Source of the DNA: Aurantibacter sp.
GTDB taxonomy: Bacteria; Bacteroidota; Bacteroidia; Flavobacteriales; Flavobacteriaceae
Length of the DNA stretch: 64,000 nt
Assembly: GCF_042094015.1 (NCBI RefSeq)
Contig: NZ_JBELDZ010000001.1
Location: 44,091-108,090, forward strand
Direction of reading: 5' to 3'
Shown: piece by piece, positions 1-9,600 of the stretch
How positions within the stretch are numbered: the first letter of the stretch is position 1
Layout of the letters: every line of letters starts with the position of its first letter
Notes under the pieces: model-generated
Seen by the model: only the letters and a program-made list of their open reading frames with translations
Databases searched by the model: none
Told to the model about the DNA's origin: nothing
Translations under genes and position numbers: made by a program

Positions 1-929
1 ATAATTAGATTAATATAGTTTTTGTAATTAGAACTCCTGTTTCCTCCAAGTGGAATATATAAGTAATCTTTAAACCATAGAGATAAAGTTATGTGCCAGC
101 GTTTCCAGAATTCTTTAATAGATTTTGAAACATATGGATAATTAAAATTTTCTGGAAAATTGAAACCAAATAATTTTCCAAGTCCAATAGCCATATCTGA
201 GTATCCAGAAAAGTCAAAATATATTTGAATAGAGTATGCAATTATGCCAATCCACGAGATTAAAGCTGAGCTTTCATTTTGTGGTAAATTAAAAATACTA
301 TCAGCAATTAATGCACAATTGTTTGCAATTAAAAGCTTTTTGGACAAACCTATGACAAATCGTTCTAATCCAGAGTAGAACATATTACCGTCTACATATC
401 TTTGATTTAATTGATCTTTAATTTCGGAATACCTAACAATTGGTCCAGCAATTAATTGAGGGAAAAAGGAAACGTATGTTAGAAAACTTAAGAAGTTTTT
501 AGAGGCTTTAACCATACCAAAATAAACATCTATTGTATAAGACATTGTTTGAAAAGTAAAAAAACTTATACCTAATGGTAAGACAACCGAGTCGAATTTT
601 GCCGCATCTAGATTTAAAAAAGGTAATGTATCTGATATAGTTAGGTATAAAAAACTAGAATATTTAAAGTATCCTAAAATTGATAAATTAAATATTATAG
701 AAAAATATAAACCTGTTTTTTTGTAATTATTAGAAATTAATAAACCACAAATAAAATCTATAAGAGCTGAGGCTATAATTAATAGAACAAGTTCTTTTTC
801 TCCAAAAGAATAAAATAAAAGACTAAAAAATAATAATAAAATATTTTTCGCCTTTTTTGATACTAAAAAATAGCAAAGTAATGTAATAGGAAGAAATAAA
901 TATAGAAATATTGAATCTGTAAAAAGCAT
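1..929 (-). CDS. MBOAT-family membrane O-acyltransferase (AlgI/DltB-like); N-terminal part only, gene runs off the left edge
   Basis: Absent from the ORF track because it is truncated. My translation of the minus strand from the ATG at 927-929 gives MLFTDSIFLYLFLPITLLCYFL..., which is multi-TM. Near the window edge it reads ...FWKRWHITLSLWFKDYLYIPLGGNR, the MBOAT signature block with the conserved His. Confidence 0.8.
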   Translation of the reverse strand, partial: MLFTDSIFLYLFLPITLLCYFLVSKKAKNILLLFFSLLFYSFGEKELVLLIIASALIDFICGLLISNNYKKTGLYFSIIFNLSILGYFKYSSFLYLTISDTLPFLNLDAAKFDSVVLPLGISFFTFQTMSYTIDVYFGMVKASKNFLSFLTYVSFFPQLIAGPIVRYSEIKDQLNQRYVDGNMFYSGLERFVIGLSKKLLIANNCALIADSIFNLPQNESSALISWIGIIAYSIQIYFDFSGYSDMAIGLGKLFGFNFPENFNYPYVSKSIKEFWKRWHITLSLWFKDYLYIPLGGNRSSNYKNYINLI

Positions 930-1011
930 GTTTCAACCAAAAATATAGCCAAAAGTACAATAAATAATAGTATTTTTGGTTATTACTTATTCAACATTAG
1001 TTTTAGTTTAA

Positions 1012-3378
1012 ATGGTTTTACTAAAGAAAATTTTAGCATTTTTTATATTAATTTCTAGTACGTATATAACGGCTCAGAATTTTGAAGATAGTTGGAAAGG
1101 ACATTTTTCTTATTTAGACATTAAGACTTTTTCACAATCGGAGACTAAACTCTATGTTTCTGCAGAAAATGCTATATTTTCTTATGATAAATTATCGAAC
1201 GAAATAACAACTATTTCTACAATTCAAGGATTGTCTGGAGATAATATTACAGCAATAGAATATGTAGAATCAAAAAATAAACTTTATGTTGGTTTTGATA
1301 CTGGCTTGATTCAGATTTATGACGAAATAAATAATTCAACATTTTCTGTTGTAGATATTCTAGATAAGCCAACAATACTTCCAAACAGAAAAGCTATTAA
1401 CGACTTTAATTTTGTTTCAGATCGTCTTTATATTTCAGCAGATTTTGGCGTTTCTGTTTTTTTTGTAGACGAAGAAGAATTTGGAGACACTTATTTTATA
1501 GGTCCTGGAAACTCTCAAATAACGGTTAACCAAACGACTATTTTTGGCGATTATATTTATGCTGCTACAGAACAAAATTACAGAAGAGGATTATTGTCTA
1601 ATTCGAATTTAATAGATTCAAATGAGTGGGAAACTGGAAGTTTAGCTGGTAATTGGGTTAATATAGTATCAACTGAAACAGATCTTTTTGCTGTTAATGA
1701 TAGGCGTGTCTACAGAGTTAATGGCTTAAATACAAATTCTGTATTAACACTTCCAGAAACAATTTTAGATTTAACATCATATCAAAACAGATTAGCCGTA
1801 ACAACATTTAGACGAGTTAGAAGTTATGCAGAAAACCTTTCTGTAATAGAACAATTTACAGCTGCAAGTTATAATGGTACAAGATTTACAAAAGCTATTT
1901 TATCAGATAACGATAAACTGTTTGTTGGTACAGAAAAGCATCCAACAAATGGTAAACCTGGATTTGGTGTTGTTCTATATGATTTAATAGATACAGATAA
2001 TGTAACTGAAATACATCCTGAATCACCTTTTTTAAATCGTTTTTTTCAAATAGAGGCTAAAGCTGGCCATGTTTGGGGAACACATGGAGGACATTCTATA
2101 ACTTATGGGTTTTCTGGAGGAATTAGAAGGACTGGTTTAAGTCACTTAATTGATGAAGAATGGAGAAATATACCTTATGATTCCTTGAGGCAGACTTTCA
2201 CCAACCCTAGGCCCGACTTTCTTGGATATGTAAGTGTAAATCCCACAAACCCAAACAATGCAATGATTAGTTCTTTTTGGTATGGCGTTGTAGAAGTTGA
2301 AGGAAATCAAGTTGTTGAAAAATATAATAACCAAAATAGTACTTTAGATCCATTATACGGATCAGTACATTATACTTTGGCTTCTAAATATGATTCAGAT
2401 GGGACATATTGGGTATTAAATGGAAGGGTTAGTGAAAGTTTAAACTCTTTTCAAAACAATCAATGGTCTAGTGTTAATTTAGATGAAATAATTAATCCGC
2501 CTAATAGTAACTTAGGTTTTGGTGAATTGTCTTTTGATGGTAATGGGAATATTTTTATGGCCACTCATGGTTATGGGTTAATAAGTTATAAAGAAGTTAA
2601 TGGTGAAAAAATATTTAACAACATAAGCGGCATAGAAAATAATATGCCAGACAATTCAATAAAAACAGTTAAAGTAGATCAAAATAATCAAGTTTGGTTT
2701 GGAACTGGTAAGGGTTTGCGAGTTGTATATAATTCCGAAGAATTTGCAAGTGGTAATGCTATTGTTGAAGAGATTATTATTTCAGAAAACGGTGAAGCAA
2801 GTGAATTATTGTTTTTACAATATGTAACAGATATTGAAGTTGATGGGGCTAATAATAAATGGATTGGAACTCTAGACAATGGATTGTTTTATTTTTCTTC
2901 AGACGGACAACAAACTATTTATCATTTCACTAAAGATAATTCACCATTACCAGACAACGATATTTTAGATATTTCTATTGATGAGTTTTCTGGAAGAGTA
3001 TATATAGCAACAGAAAAAGGACTAGTATCTTTTGGCTCTCAAACCTCTAAGCCTCAAGAGACATTAGAAGAAGCTTATGTGTATCCAAATCCAGTAAGAC
3101 CAGGTTTTAATATTGTAGATGATAAAGTAAAAATTGTTGGGTTAACAGATAATATGAACATTAAAATTACTGACATTGAAGGTAATTTAGTAACCGAAGC
3201 AGAAACTAAAAGAAACGGGAAATTTAAGAATTTTAACCTAGAAGTAGATGGAGGAACTGCTTTATGGAATGGTAAGAATTTAGCTGGTAAGATTGTTGCA
3301 TCAGGAGTATATGTTGTTTTGTTAAACGATTTAACAACGTTTGAAACTAAAGTGCTTAAAATAATGTTAATTCGTTAA
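1012..3378 (+). CDS. Beta-propeller repeat protein with T9SS type-A C-terminal sorting domain (PorZ-like)
   Basis: Signal peptide MVLLKKILAFFILISSTYITAQ. Repeated propeller-like blades (LYVGFDTGL, WFGTGKGLRV, WIGTLDNGLFYF, VYIATEKGLVSF). C-terminus YVYPNPVRPG...GVYVVLL...KIMLIR is typical of a type-A CTD. The ~790-aa size and double-propeller plus CTD layout match PorZ. Confidence 0.55.
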   Translation: MVLLKKILAFFILISSTYITAQNFEDSWKGHFSYLDIKTFSQSETKLYVSAENAIFSYDKLSNEITTISTIQGLSGDNITAIEYVESKNKLYVGFDTGLIQIYDEINNSTFSVVDILDKPTILPNRKAINDFNFVSDRLYISADFGVSVFFVDEEEFGDTYFIGPGNSQITVNQTTIFGDYIYAATEQNYRRGLLSNSNLIDSNEWETGSLAGNWVNIVSTETDLFAVNDRRVYRVNGLNTNSVLTLPETILDLTSYQNRLAVTTFRRVRSYAENLSVIEQFTAASYNGTRFTKAILSDNDKLFVGTEKHPTNGKPGFGVVLYDLIDTDNVTEIHPESPFLNRFFQIEAKAGHVWGTHGGHSITYGFSGGIRRTGLSHLIDEEWRNIPYDSLRQTFTNPRPDFLGYVSVNPTNPNNAMISSFWYGVVEVEGNQVVEKYNNQNSTLDPLYGSVHYTLASKYDSDGTYWVLNGRVSESLNSFQNNQWSSVNLDEIINPPNSNLGFGELSFDGNGNIFMATHGYGLISYKEVNGEKIFNNISGIENNMPDNSIKTVKVDQNNQVWFGTGKGLRVVYNSEEFASGNAIVEEIIISENGEASELLFLQYVTDIEVDGANNKWIGTLDNGLFYFSSDGQQTIYHFTKDNSPLPDNDILDISIDEFSGRVYIATEKGLVSFGSQTSKPQETLEEAYVYPNPVRPGFNIVDDKVKIVGLTDNMNIKITDIEGNLVTEAETKRNGKFKNFNLEVDGGTALWNGKNLAGKIVASGVYVVLLNDLTTFETKVLKIMLIR

Positions 3379-4091
3379 TGGTTTTAAGTTTAAACGCCAT
3401 AGTTTTATCTAAAATTAAGTTTAAAGAAAACGATTTAATAGTTAAAACGTATACCAAACAAAAAGGAGTAATTAGCTATATATTAAAAGGCGTTTTAAGC
3501 TCTAAAAAAAATAAAAAAATCGCTTATTTTCAATTATTGTCTCAATTAGAGATAGAAACAAACTTTAAGGCAAACAGAAATCTTCATTATTTAAAGGATT
3601 GTAAAAATCATCACTTGTATAGATCTTTACATACAAATATTTATAAAAGCACTATAGCTCTATTTATAGCTGAGATTTTGACATTGGTTTTGAATGAAGA
3701 AGAACAAAACGATATGTTATTTAGTTATATAGAATCGTCTTTATTGTGGTTAGATTTAAATACAGAATTAGCAAATTTTCATTTATTGTTTTTAATGAAT
3801 TTAACTAAATATTTGGGATTCTATCCAGATGATACTAATCAGAATTTTAACTATTTTAATTTGAATGATGGCGAGTTTCAATTGCACAATAGTTCAAATT
3901 CTATTTCATTGGAGAATTTAAGTTTGTTTAAAGCCTTTTTAGGCATAAATTTTGATGAGATAAATAAGATAAAAATTAATGCACAACAGCGAACAATTTT
4001 TTTAAATACAATTTTAAAGTATTATGAATTTCAATTGTTAGATTTTAGAAAACCTAAATCATTAAAGGTTTTAAATGATGTTTTTAGTTAA
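3378..4091 (+). CDS. recO: DNA repair protein RecO
   Basis: N-terminal OB-fold signature (AIVLSKIKFKENDLIVKTYTKQKGVISYILKGV) and ~237 aa length. The start ATG overlaps the upstream stop (TAATG). Confidence 0.85.
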   Translation: MVLSLNAIVLSKIKFKENDLIVKTYTKQKGVISYILKGVLSSKKNKKIAYFQLLSQLEIETNFKANRNLHYLKDCKNHHLYRSLHTNIYKSTIALFIAEILTLVLNEEEQNDMLFSYIESSLLWLDLNTELANFHLLFLMNLTKYLGFYPDDTNQNFNYFNLNDGEFQLHNSSNSISLENLSLFKAFLGINFDEINKIKINAQQRTIFLNTILKYYEFQLLDFRKPKSLKVLNDVFS

Positions 4092-4093
4092 TT

Positions 4094-6505
4094 ATGATGT
4101 ATAGATTAATTCTTTTCATACTGTTGTTTGTCTCAAAAACATCTTTTGCTCAGAAAGTTACTGTTTTGGATAGCGAGTTTAAAACTCCAATATCTGGAGT
4201 TGCTTTTTTTACAGAAGATAAAAGTATAAGCGAAATAACTAATATTGATGGTGTTGTGAATTTGTCTAATTTTTCGCCTTCAGATATTATTGTAATAAAG
4301 CACATTACATACCTTGAGAAAAGTATTATCAAGAAAAATATTACGAATAATGTGGTTTTTTTAACCTCAAATCTTCAAGATTTAGACGAAATAGTTTTGT
4401 CAGCTTCAAAATTTTCAGAAAGTAAAATAGATATTCCAAGAAATATTGTTAGTGTAAATGCTAAAACTATTGGGTTTACAAATCCCCAAACTAGTGCAGA
4501 TGCTTTAGAAAGAACCGGTAGAGTTTATGTTCAGAAAAGTCAACTTGGAGGCGGAAGCCCAATGATTAGAGGTTTTTCTACCAATAGGTTACTATTAACA
4601 GTTGATGGTGTTAGAATGAATAATGCCATATTTAGGAATGGTAATATACAGAATGTGATTTCTGTAGACCCATTTACCATACAAAACACAGAAGTGACTT
4701 TAGGAGCTGGAACTGTTATTTACGGAAGTGATGCTATTGGTGGTGTTGTTAGTTTTAACACTATTAAACCAAGATTGTCTCATCAAGATAGTTTGCATTT
4801 AAATTCTAGTTCTTCAGTTAGATATGCAACTGCTAGTCAAGAACAGACTATTCATACAAATTTGAATTTAGGTATAAAAAAATGGGCTTTTTTAAGCTCG
4901 GTTACATTAAATAAATTTGATGATTTACGAATGGGAAAATTTGGTCCAGAGGATTATTTAAGACCAGAATTTATTACAACATCAAATAATACAGATTTAA
5001 TAATTAATAATCAAAATCCACTTGTCCAAAAAGAATCAGGTTATAGTCAGGCTAACTATATGCAAAAAGTGTTATATCAGCCTACAAACAATTTAGACTT
5101 TAACTTAGGTTTGTTTTACACAAAAACTTCTGATGTTCCAAGGTATGATAGATTAATTAGATATAATGACGAAAACACACTAAGATCTGCAGAATGGTTT
5201 TATGGACCTCAAAAATGGTTTATGGCTAATTTTCAATTAGATTATAAAAAATCGAGTTCTCTTTTTTATGATAATTTAAAATTAAACATTGCTTATCAAA
5301 ATTTTAAAGAAAGTAGAATTGATAGAGATTATCAAAGCCTTATAAGATCGACTAGAGAAGAAGTTGTAAATGCATATTCTTTTAATTTTGACTTAGAAAA
5401 AATATTCAATAAAAAATCAACCTTATATTATGGTTTAGAATATGTTTATAACAATGTTGGTTCTTCAGCATTCCAAAATAACATTGATTCTGGCGAGGTA
5501 GAATCTATAGTAACTCGTTATCCTAACAATTCCTCTTGGCAATCTATGGCTGCTTACTTTAATTATAAATATAAGCCTTTGTACAATATAACACTTCAGT
5601 CTGGTTTGCGTTACAACTATGTTAATTCTAAAACTAATTTTGATGAAAACAATGAGTTTTTGAATTTGCCTTTTAGAGTTGCTAGTAATTCAAATAATGC
5701 ATTAACCGGATCTTTTGGTGTGAGTTGGGTTACAAGTGATTATTTAGAGTGGAAAGCAAATTTTGCAACAGCATTTAGAGCTCCAAATATAGACGATGTT
5801 GGTAAAGTTTTTGATTCTGAACCAGGTTCTGTTGTTGTGCCAAATAATAACTTAAAGCCAGAATATGCTTATAATGGTGAACTTGGAATGAATTTAAATT
5901 TAAGTGATTTTTTTAAATTAGATATAAGTACTTATTACACTTTACTTGATAATGCTTTGATAAGACGAGATGGAAACTTAAATGGTAATACACAAATTTT
6001 ATTTAATGGAGAATTAAGTCAAGTGCAATCTATTCAAAACGCATCGAGATCTAAAATTTATGGATTTGAGTTTGGCGCGTTCTTAAAATTCTCAAAATGT
6101 TTAGAATTCAAAACGCAATACAATGTTATTGGCGGTTTTGATGAAATAGATAATGTAAAATCTCCATCAAGACATATTGCTCCTAGCTTTGGAAATTCTC
6201 ATTTAACATGGAAAAACAAAAAAATAAAGTTAGATGCGTTTGTTAATTTTAATGGTGAATTATCTAATAATCAATTGTCAAATTCCGAATTAGATAAAGA
6301 TTATATTTATGCTTTAGATACTAATAATAAACCTTATTCTCCTTCTTGGTATACGTTTAATATAGCAACGCAATACCAAATCAATTCTAATACAATTTTA
6401 ACTACTAGCTTAGAAAATATATCTGACCAACGCTATAAGACCTATTCTTCTGGAATTGCTGCACCAGGTAGGAATTTAATTGTAGCTTTAAAGTATACAT
6501 TATAA
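4094..6505 (+). CDS. TonB-dependent outer-membrane receptor
   Basis: Signal peptide. Carboxypeptidase-regulatory-like N-domain (KVTVLDSEFKTPISGVAFF). Plug motifs (RVYVQKSQLGGGSPMIRGF, LLTVDGVRMNN). Barrel motif FRAPNIDDVGKVF. C-terminal GRNLIVALKYTL. Confidence 0.9.
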   Translation: MMYRLILFILLFVSKTSFAQKVTVLDSEFKTPISGVAFFTEDKSISEITNIDGVVNLSNFSPSDIIVIKHITYLEKSIIKKNITNNVVFLTSNLQDLDEIVLSASKFSESKIDIPRNIVSVNAKTIGFTNPQTSADALERTGRVYVQKSQLGGGSPMIRGFSTNRLLLTVDGVRMNNAIFRNGNIQNVISVDPFTIQNTEVTLGAGTVIYGSDAIGGVVSFNTIKPRLSHQDSLHLNSSSSVRYATASQEQTIHTNLNLGIKKWAFLSSVTLNKFDDLRMGKFGPEDYLRPEFITTSNNTDLIINNQNPLVQKESGYSQANYMQKVLYQPTNNLDFNLGLFYTKTSDVPRYDRLIRYNDENTLRSAEWFYGPQKWFMANFQLDYKKSSSLFYDNLKLNIAYQNFKESRIDRDYQSLIRSTREEVVNAYSFNFDLEKIFNKKSTLYYGLEYVYNNVGSSAFQNNIDSGEVESIVTRYPNNSSWQSMAAYFNYKYKPLYNITLQSGLRYNYVNSKTNFDENNEFLNLPFRVASNSNNALTGSFGVSWVTSDYLEWKANFATAFRAPNIDDVGKVFDSEPGSVVVPNNNLKPEYAYNGELGMNLNLSDFFKLDISTYYTLLDNALIRRDGNLNGNTQILFNGELSQVQSIQNASRSKIYGFEFGAFLKFSKCLEFKTQYNVIGGFDEIDNVKSPSRHIAPSFGNSHLTWKNKKIKLDAFVNFNGELSNNQLSNSELDKDYIYALDTNNKPYSPSWYTFNIATQYQINSNTILTTSLENISDQRYKTYSSGIAAPGRNLIVALKYTL

Positions 6506-6564
6506 CAATAGGTTCTAAGTGTTATTTTGAAATAAATATGGAAGATTGATTGATGCTTCGAGAT

Positions 6565-6598
6565 ACAAAAAAAGACACCTTATAATTGGTGTCTTTCT
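6565..6598 (-). terminator. Rho-independent terminator shared by convergent genes; the T-run is best on the minus strand
   Basis: Stem aagacacc (6572-6579) / ggtgtctt (6588-6595) with an 8-nt loop. An A7 run precedes it on the plus strand, which is a U-run for the minus-strand 1535-aa gene. Confidence 0.7.
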
Positions 6599-6633
6599 TA
6601 TGAGATTATATCTGTTTTAAAGAGTAATTCCGA

Positions 6634-9600
6634 TTACCTTTTAATTATCTTTTTAGTTGTTGTTTTATTATTACTTAACTTTATTTGAACTAAGTACATA
6701 GCGCTACTAAAATCGCTAATGTTTAGATTAAATGTATCTGAATTAATACTGTCTTTGTTGAATAATAATTTACCTAACGTATCAAAAATAGTCATAGATT
6801 CTATTTTTAAATCACTATTAGTGTTGGTTGATAAGATATTGTTGTTAGTTTCAAATACAGTTAAGTTTCCGGTTGGCGTTTCAGTAATAGTATCAATAGG
6901 GTTGTCTTGTGGTGATTTAAATACAATTTCAAATCTATCCGTAAATTCTCCAGTTTCAGATGTAAACGCATAGTCTTCATCTTTTAAATTTAGTATTTGA
7001 TTTGTGTATTTGTCTTTAATGTAAATGTTTGTTGTATTTAAAAAATCTCCTTGAAATTTATCTAGAGAAAATTTATAAATTGTTGGAGCGTCTATTGTAC
7101 TTCTATATCCAAGATTAACAACTTCATCCAGAGTTAGAGTTTCTGGGTTTCTACCTTGAATTAAAAATTTATCAGCTAATTCGTTTTCGTTAGATGTAGA
7201 ATATAAAGCCATACTTGCCATTACAATACTGTGTCTTTTGGCATCGAAATAACTTCCATCATTACCATTAGTCGCGCCATCAACATAACTCACTAAAATC
7301 TGATTGTATAGACCAAAATCGTTAGATAGATTTAACCAGAATTTATTTGGTACGCTTTCTGAATTATTTCTAAAAAACTGATCATTATCTCCAGTTTCTC
7401 TCATACTATTTGTAAAAGTTACATTTCCACTGGTACTTGCAGGAGTATTAGAGTAAGTTACTAGAAAACTTTGACAAGAAGGTATAAAGCGATTAGGAAT
7501 ATCTAAAGCGTCAACAACATTATCTCCGTTATTATCTCCTCCAGCAGCTTCACCAGATCCATTAATAGCAGCATAATCGTTAACATCGAAGTTTAAAACG
7601 TAATTTCCATTAACTGTGGCAGATGGAGGTAACGAGTGTGACCAAATATATACAGCTCCTTCTATTCTTCCTGAAGCATTTAAATCAAATCTATTTTCGG
7701 TTAAAAATGCATCTACATTTATTGCACTTGGGTAAGGGTTTCCAACTAAATTCCAATTAGTGTCATTTAATTCAGCGTCATTTCTATAAACAGGAGTTGT
7801 TATAGTTCCAGTATTTAAATCATCTTTAAATTCGTGAGCATATGTTCCTTGTCCACTAAAAGTTCCAGGAGATAAAGTTGCAACAAATCCCATACCTGGA
7901 GCCATAATCATTCCGTTTCCTCCAGCTTGCCATGCGTTAGCATTATCATCTACATTATCAATTCCAGCTCCGGCAGTTTGTGTATTATCGTTGTTAGTTT
8001 CATAAAATGAATCTTGGTAGTTTTGTGCTTTTAGCCAAAATCGTCTATATATACTTGAAAGCGGTAAGGCTTCAGATAGAGTTGCTGATTGAACAGGAGA
8101 ACTCCAGAAAGTATATTCGTACCAAGCACTAGTTGGTGCAGTACTTTTTTCTACTATAGTCGGGTTAGCAGCAGCACTACCGGAGTCTGTATAAGTACCA
8201 GCATCATCAACTTGTACAACACTACCAAAATCGTTTACAATAAGTTGTCCGTTGTTTACAATATCATTGGTGATTTGAATATAAGAATTATTTGCAACTG
8301 TTAAAATATAACTTGAATTAATAACTAAGCTGCATGCAACTATACTTCCGTTAGTTACTGTATTGTAATTAGCATCTAAAATGGCAAGAATGCTATTAGT
8401 TGGGGTTCCATTATCCCAAGTGAAACCATCCCAAGTTGTGCTATCACTTTTTAATTGACTTGCATCAGAAGCAGATGAACACGTTCCATCTTCAGTTACT
8501 AGACAATAAAACTGATATCCCGAATAAGCAGAAACGGAACCAGTTAATTGTAAGTTTATAGATGTTTCTCCAGAAACAGTAACTAGAGGTAAATTTGTAG
8601 AGTTTGCAATTGTCCAGGTAGAAGATGAACCATCATTAAAATACCATTGGTATGACAATGTTCCAGAGTTACCTGCTATAGCTGTTATAGAAAAATTTGC
8701 AGAGGTAGAACATGTATTCACATCTGCTGGCTGTAGAGTAACATTTGGAAATGTTGAGGAGCCATCGTAAGTTTCTATGTCTGTATAATTATCATCACAA
8801 GAATCATAGTCTATAATTGTCCAGTCTGAGGAATTAAATGTCGTGTTTGGTGCTGTGGCAGTAGATTTTCTTTGAAAATCATATCCTTCTCCTCCTAAGC
8901 CTAAAGCATTAATCCATGTGCTACCATCACAGATTCCCCAAACATCAATAATTATTGTGTTTTTTAATAAACTTATGCAATCATTGTTGTTGACACCTGA
9001 AAATACTTCTGTTTGGTCAGCATAAGACCCATCTGCACCTGGTACAGCAGCACATCCAGCTCCAACACTAGTTGCAAAAATAAAGGAGTCACCACTATTT
9101 AAAACTCCTGTAAGTGCTAAATCGGTTTCTAAACCACCATTGTTTTTAAATCTTAAAGCATAATTGTTTGCTGCTAAATCTATTGAAGCTCCAGTTCCAT
9201 TATATATTTCAATATAACTTAGAGATCCAGAAGAAGCATCAGTTACTTCGGAAATAAATATATCGGTAAAACTTGGCCCACTTGTACATGAGCCACTTTC
9301 TGTTAAAACGGTAAATGCGCTAGAACTATTTAAGGCACATCCGCTTTCTGTTAAAGTAATTACATTTGTTGATGCTCCTGTAGGAATTTCAGCAATAATA
9401 GTGGTTGCTGTTTGAGATATAATTGTTGCAGATTCTGAGCCAATATCTACAGTAGTTCCTGCGGTAAAACCAGTTCCATTTATAGTTATTTCAGTTCCAC
9501 TTGGTCCAGAAATTGGAGCAAAAGCAGTTATGGTTTGTGTTGAAGTACAAGCTGTGCCGCAATTAACCTCAATATCGTCTAATCGCCATGGGGAAGTTGT

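Noticed and set aside
2146-2879. Track ORFs 2146-2334 (-) and 2688-2879 (-), antisense within the PorZ-like gene
   Set aside because: They lie entirely inside a well-supported 788-aa gene on the other strand. They are short, have low-complexity composition and carry no motifs.
4150-4332. 60-aa minus-strand ORF inside the TonB-dependent receptor gene
   Set aside because: It is antisense to a strongly supported CDS and has no independent signal.
6719-8304. Plus-strand ORFs 6719-6973 and 8089-8304 inside the 1535-aa gene
   Set aside because: These are antisense shadow ORFs with Ser/Val/Ile-rich nonsense composition that mirrors the Thr/Asn/Ser-rich sense gene.
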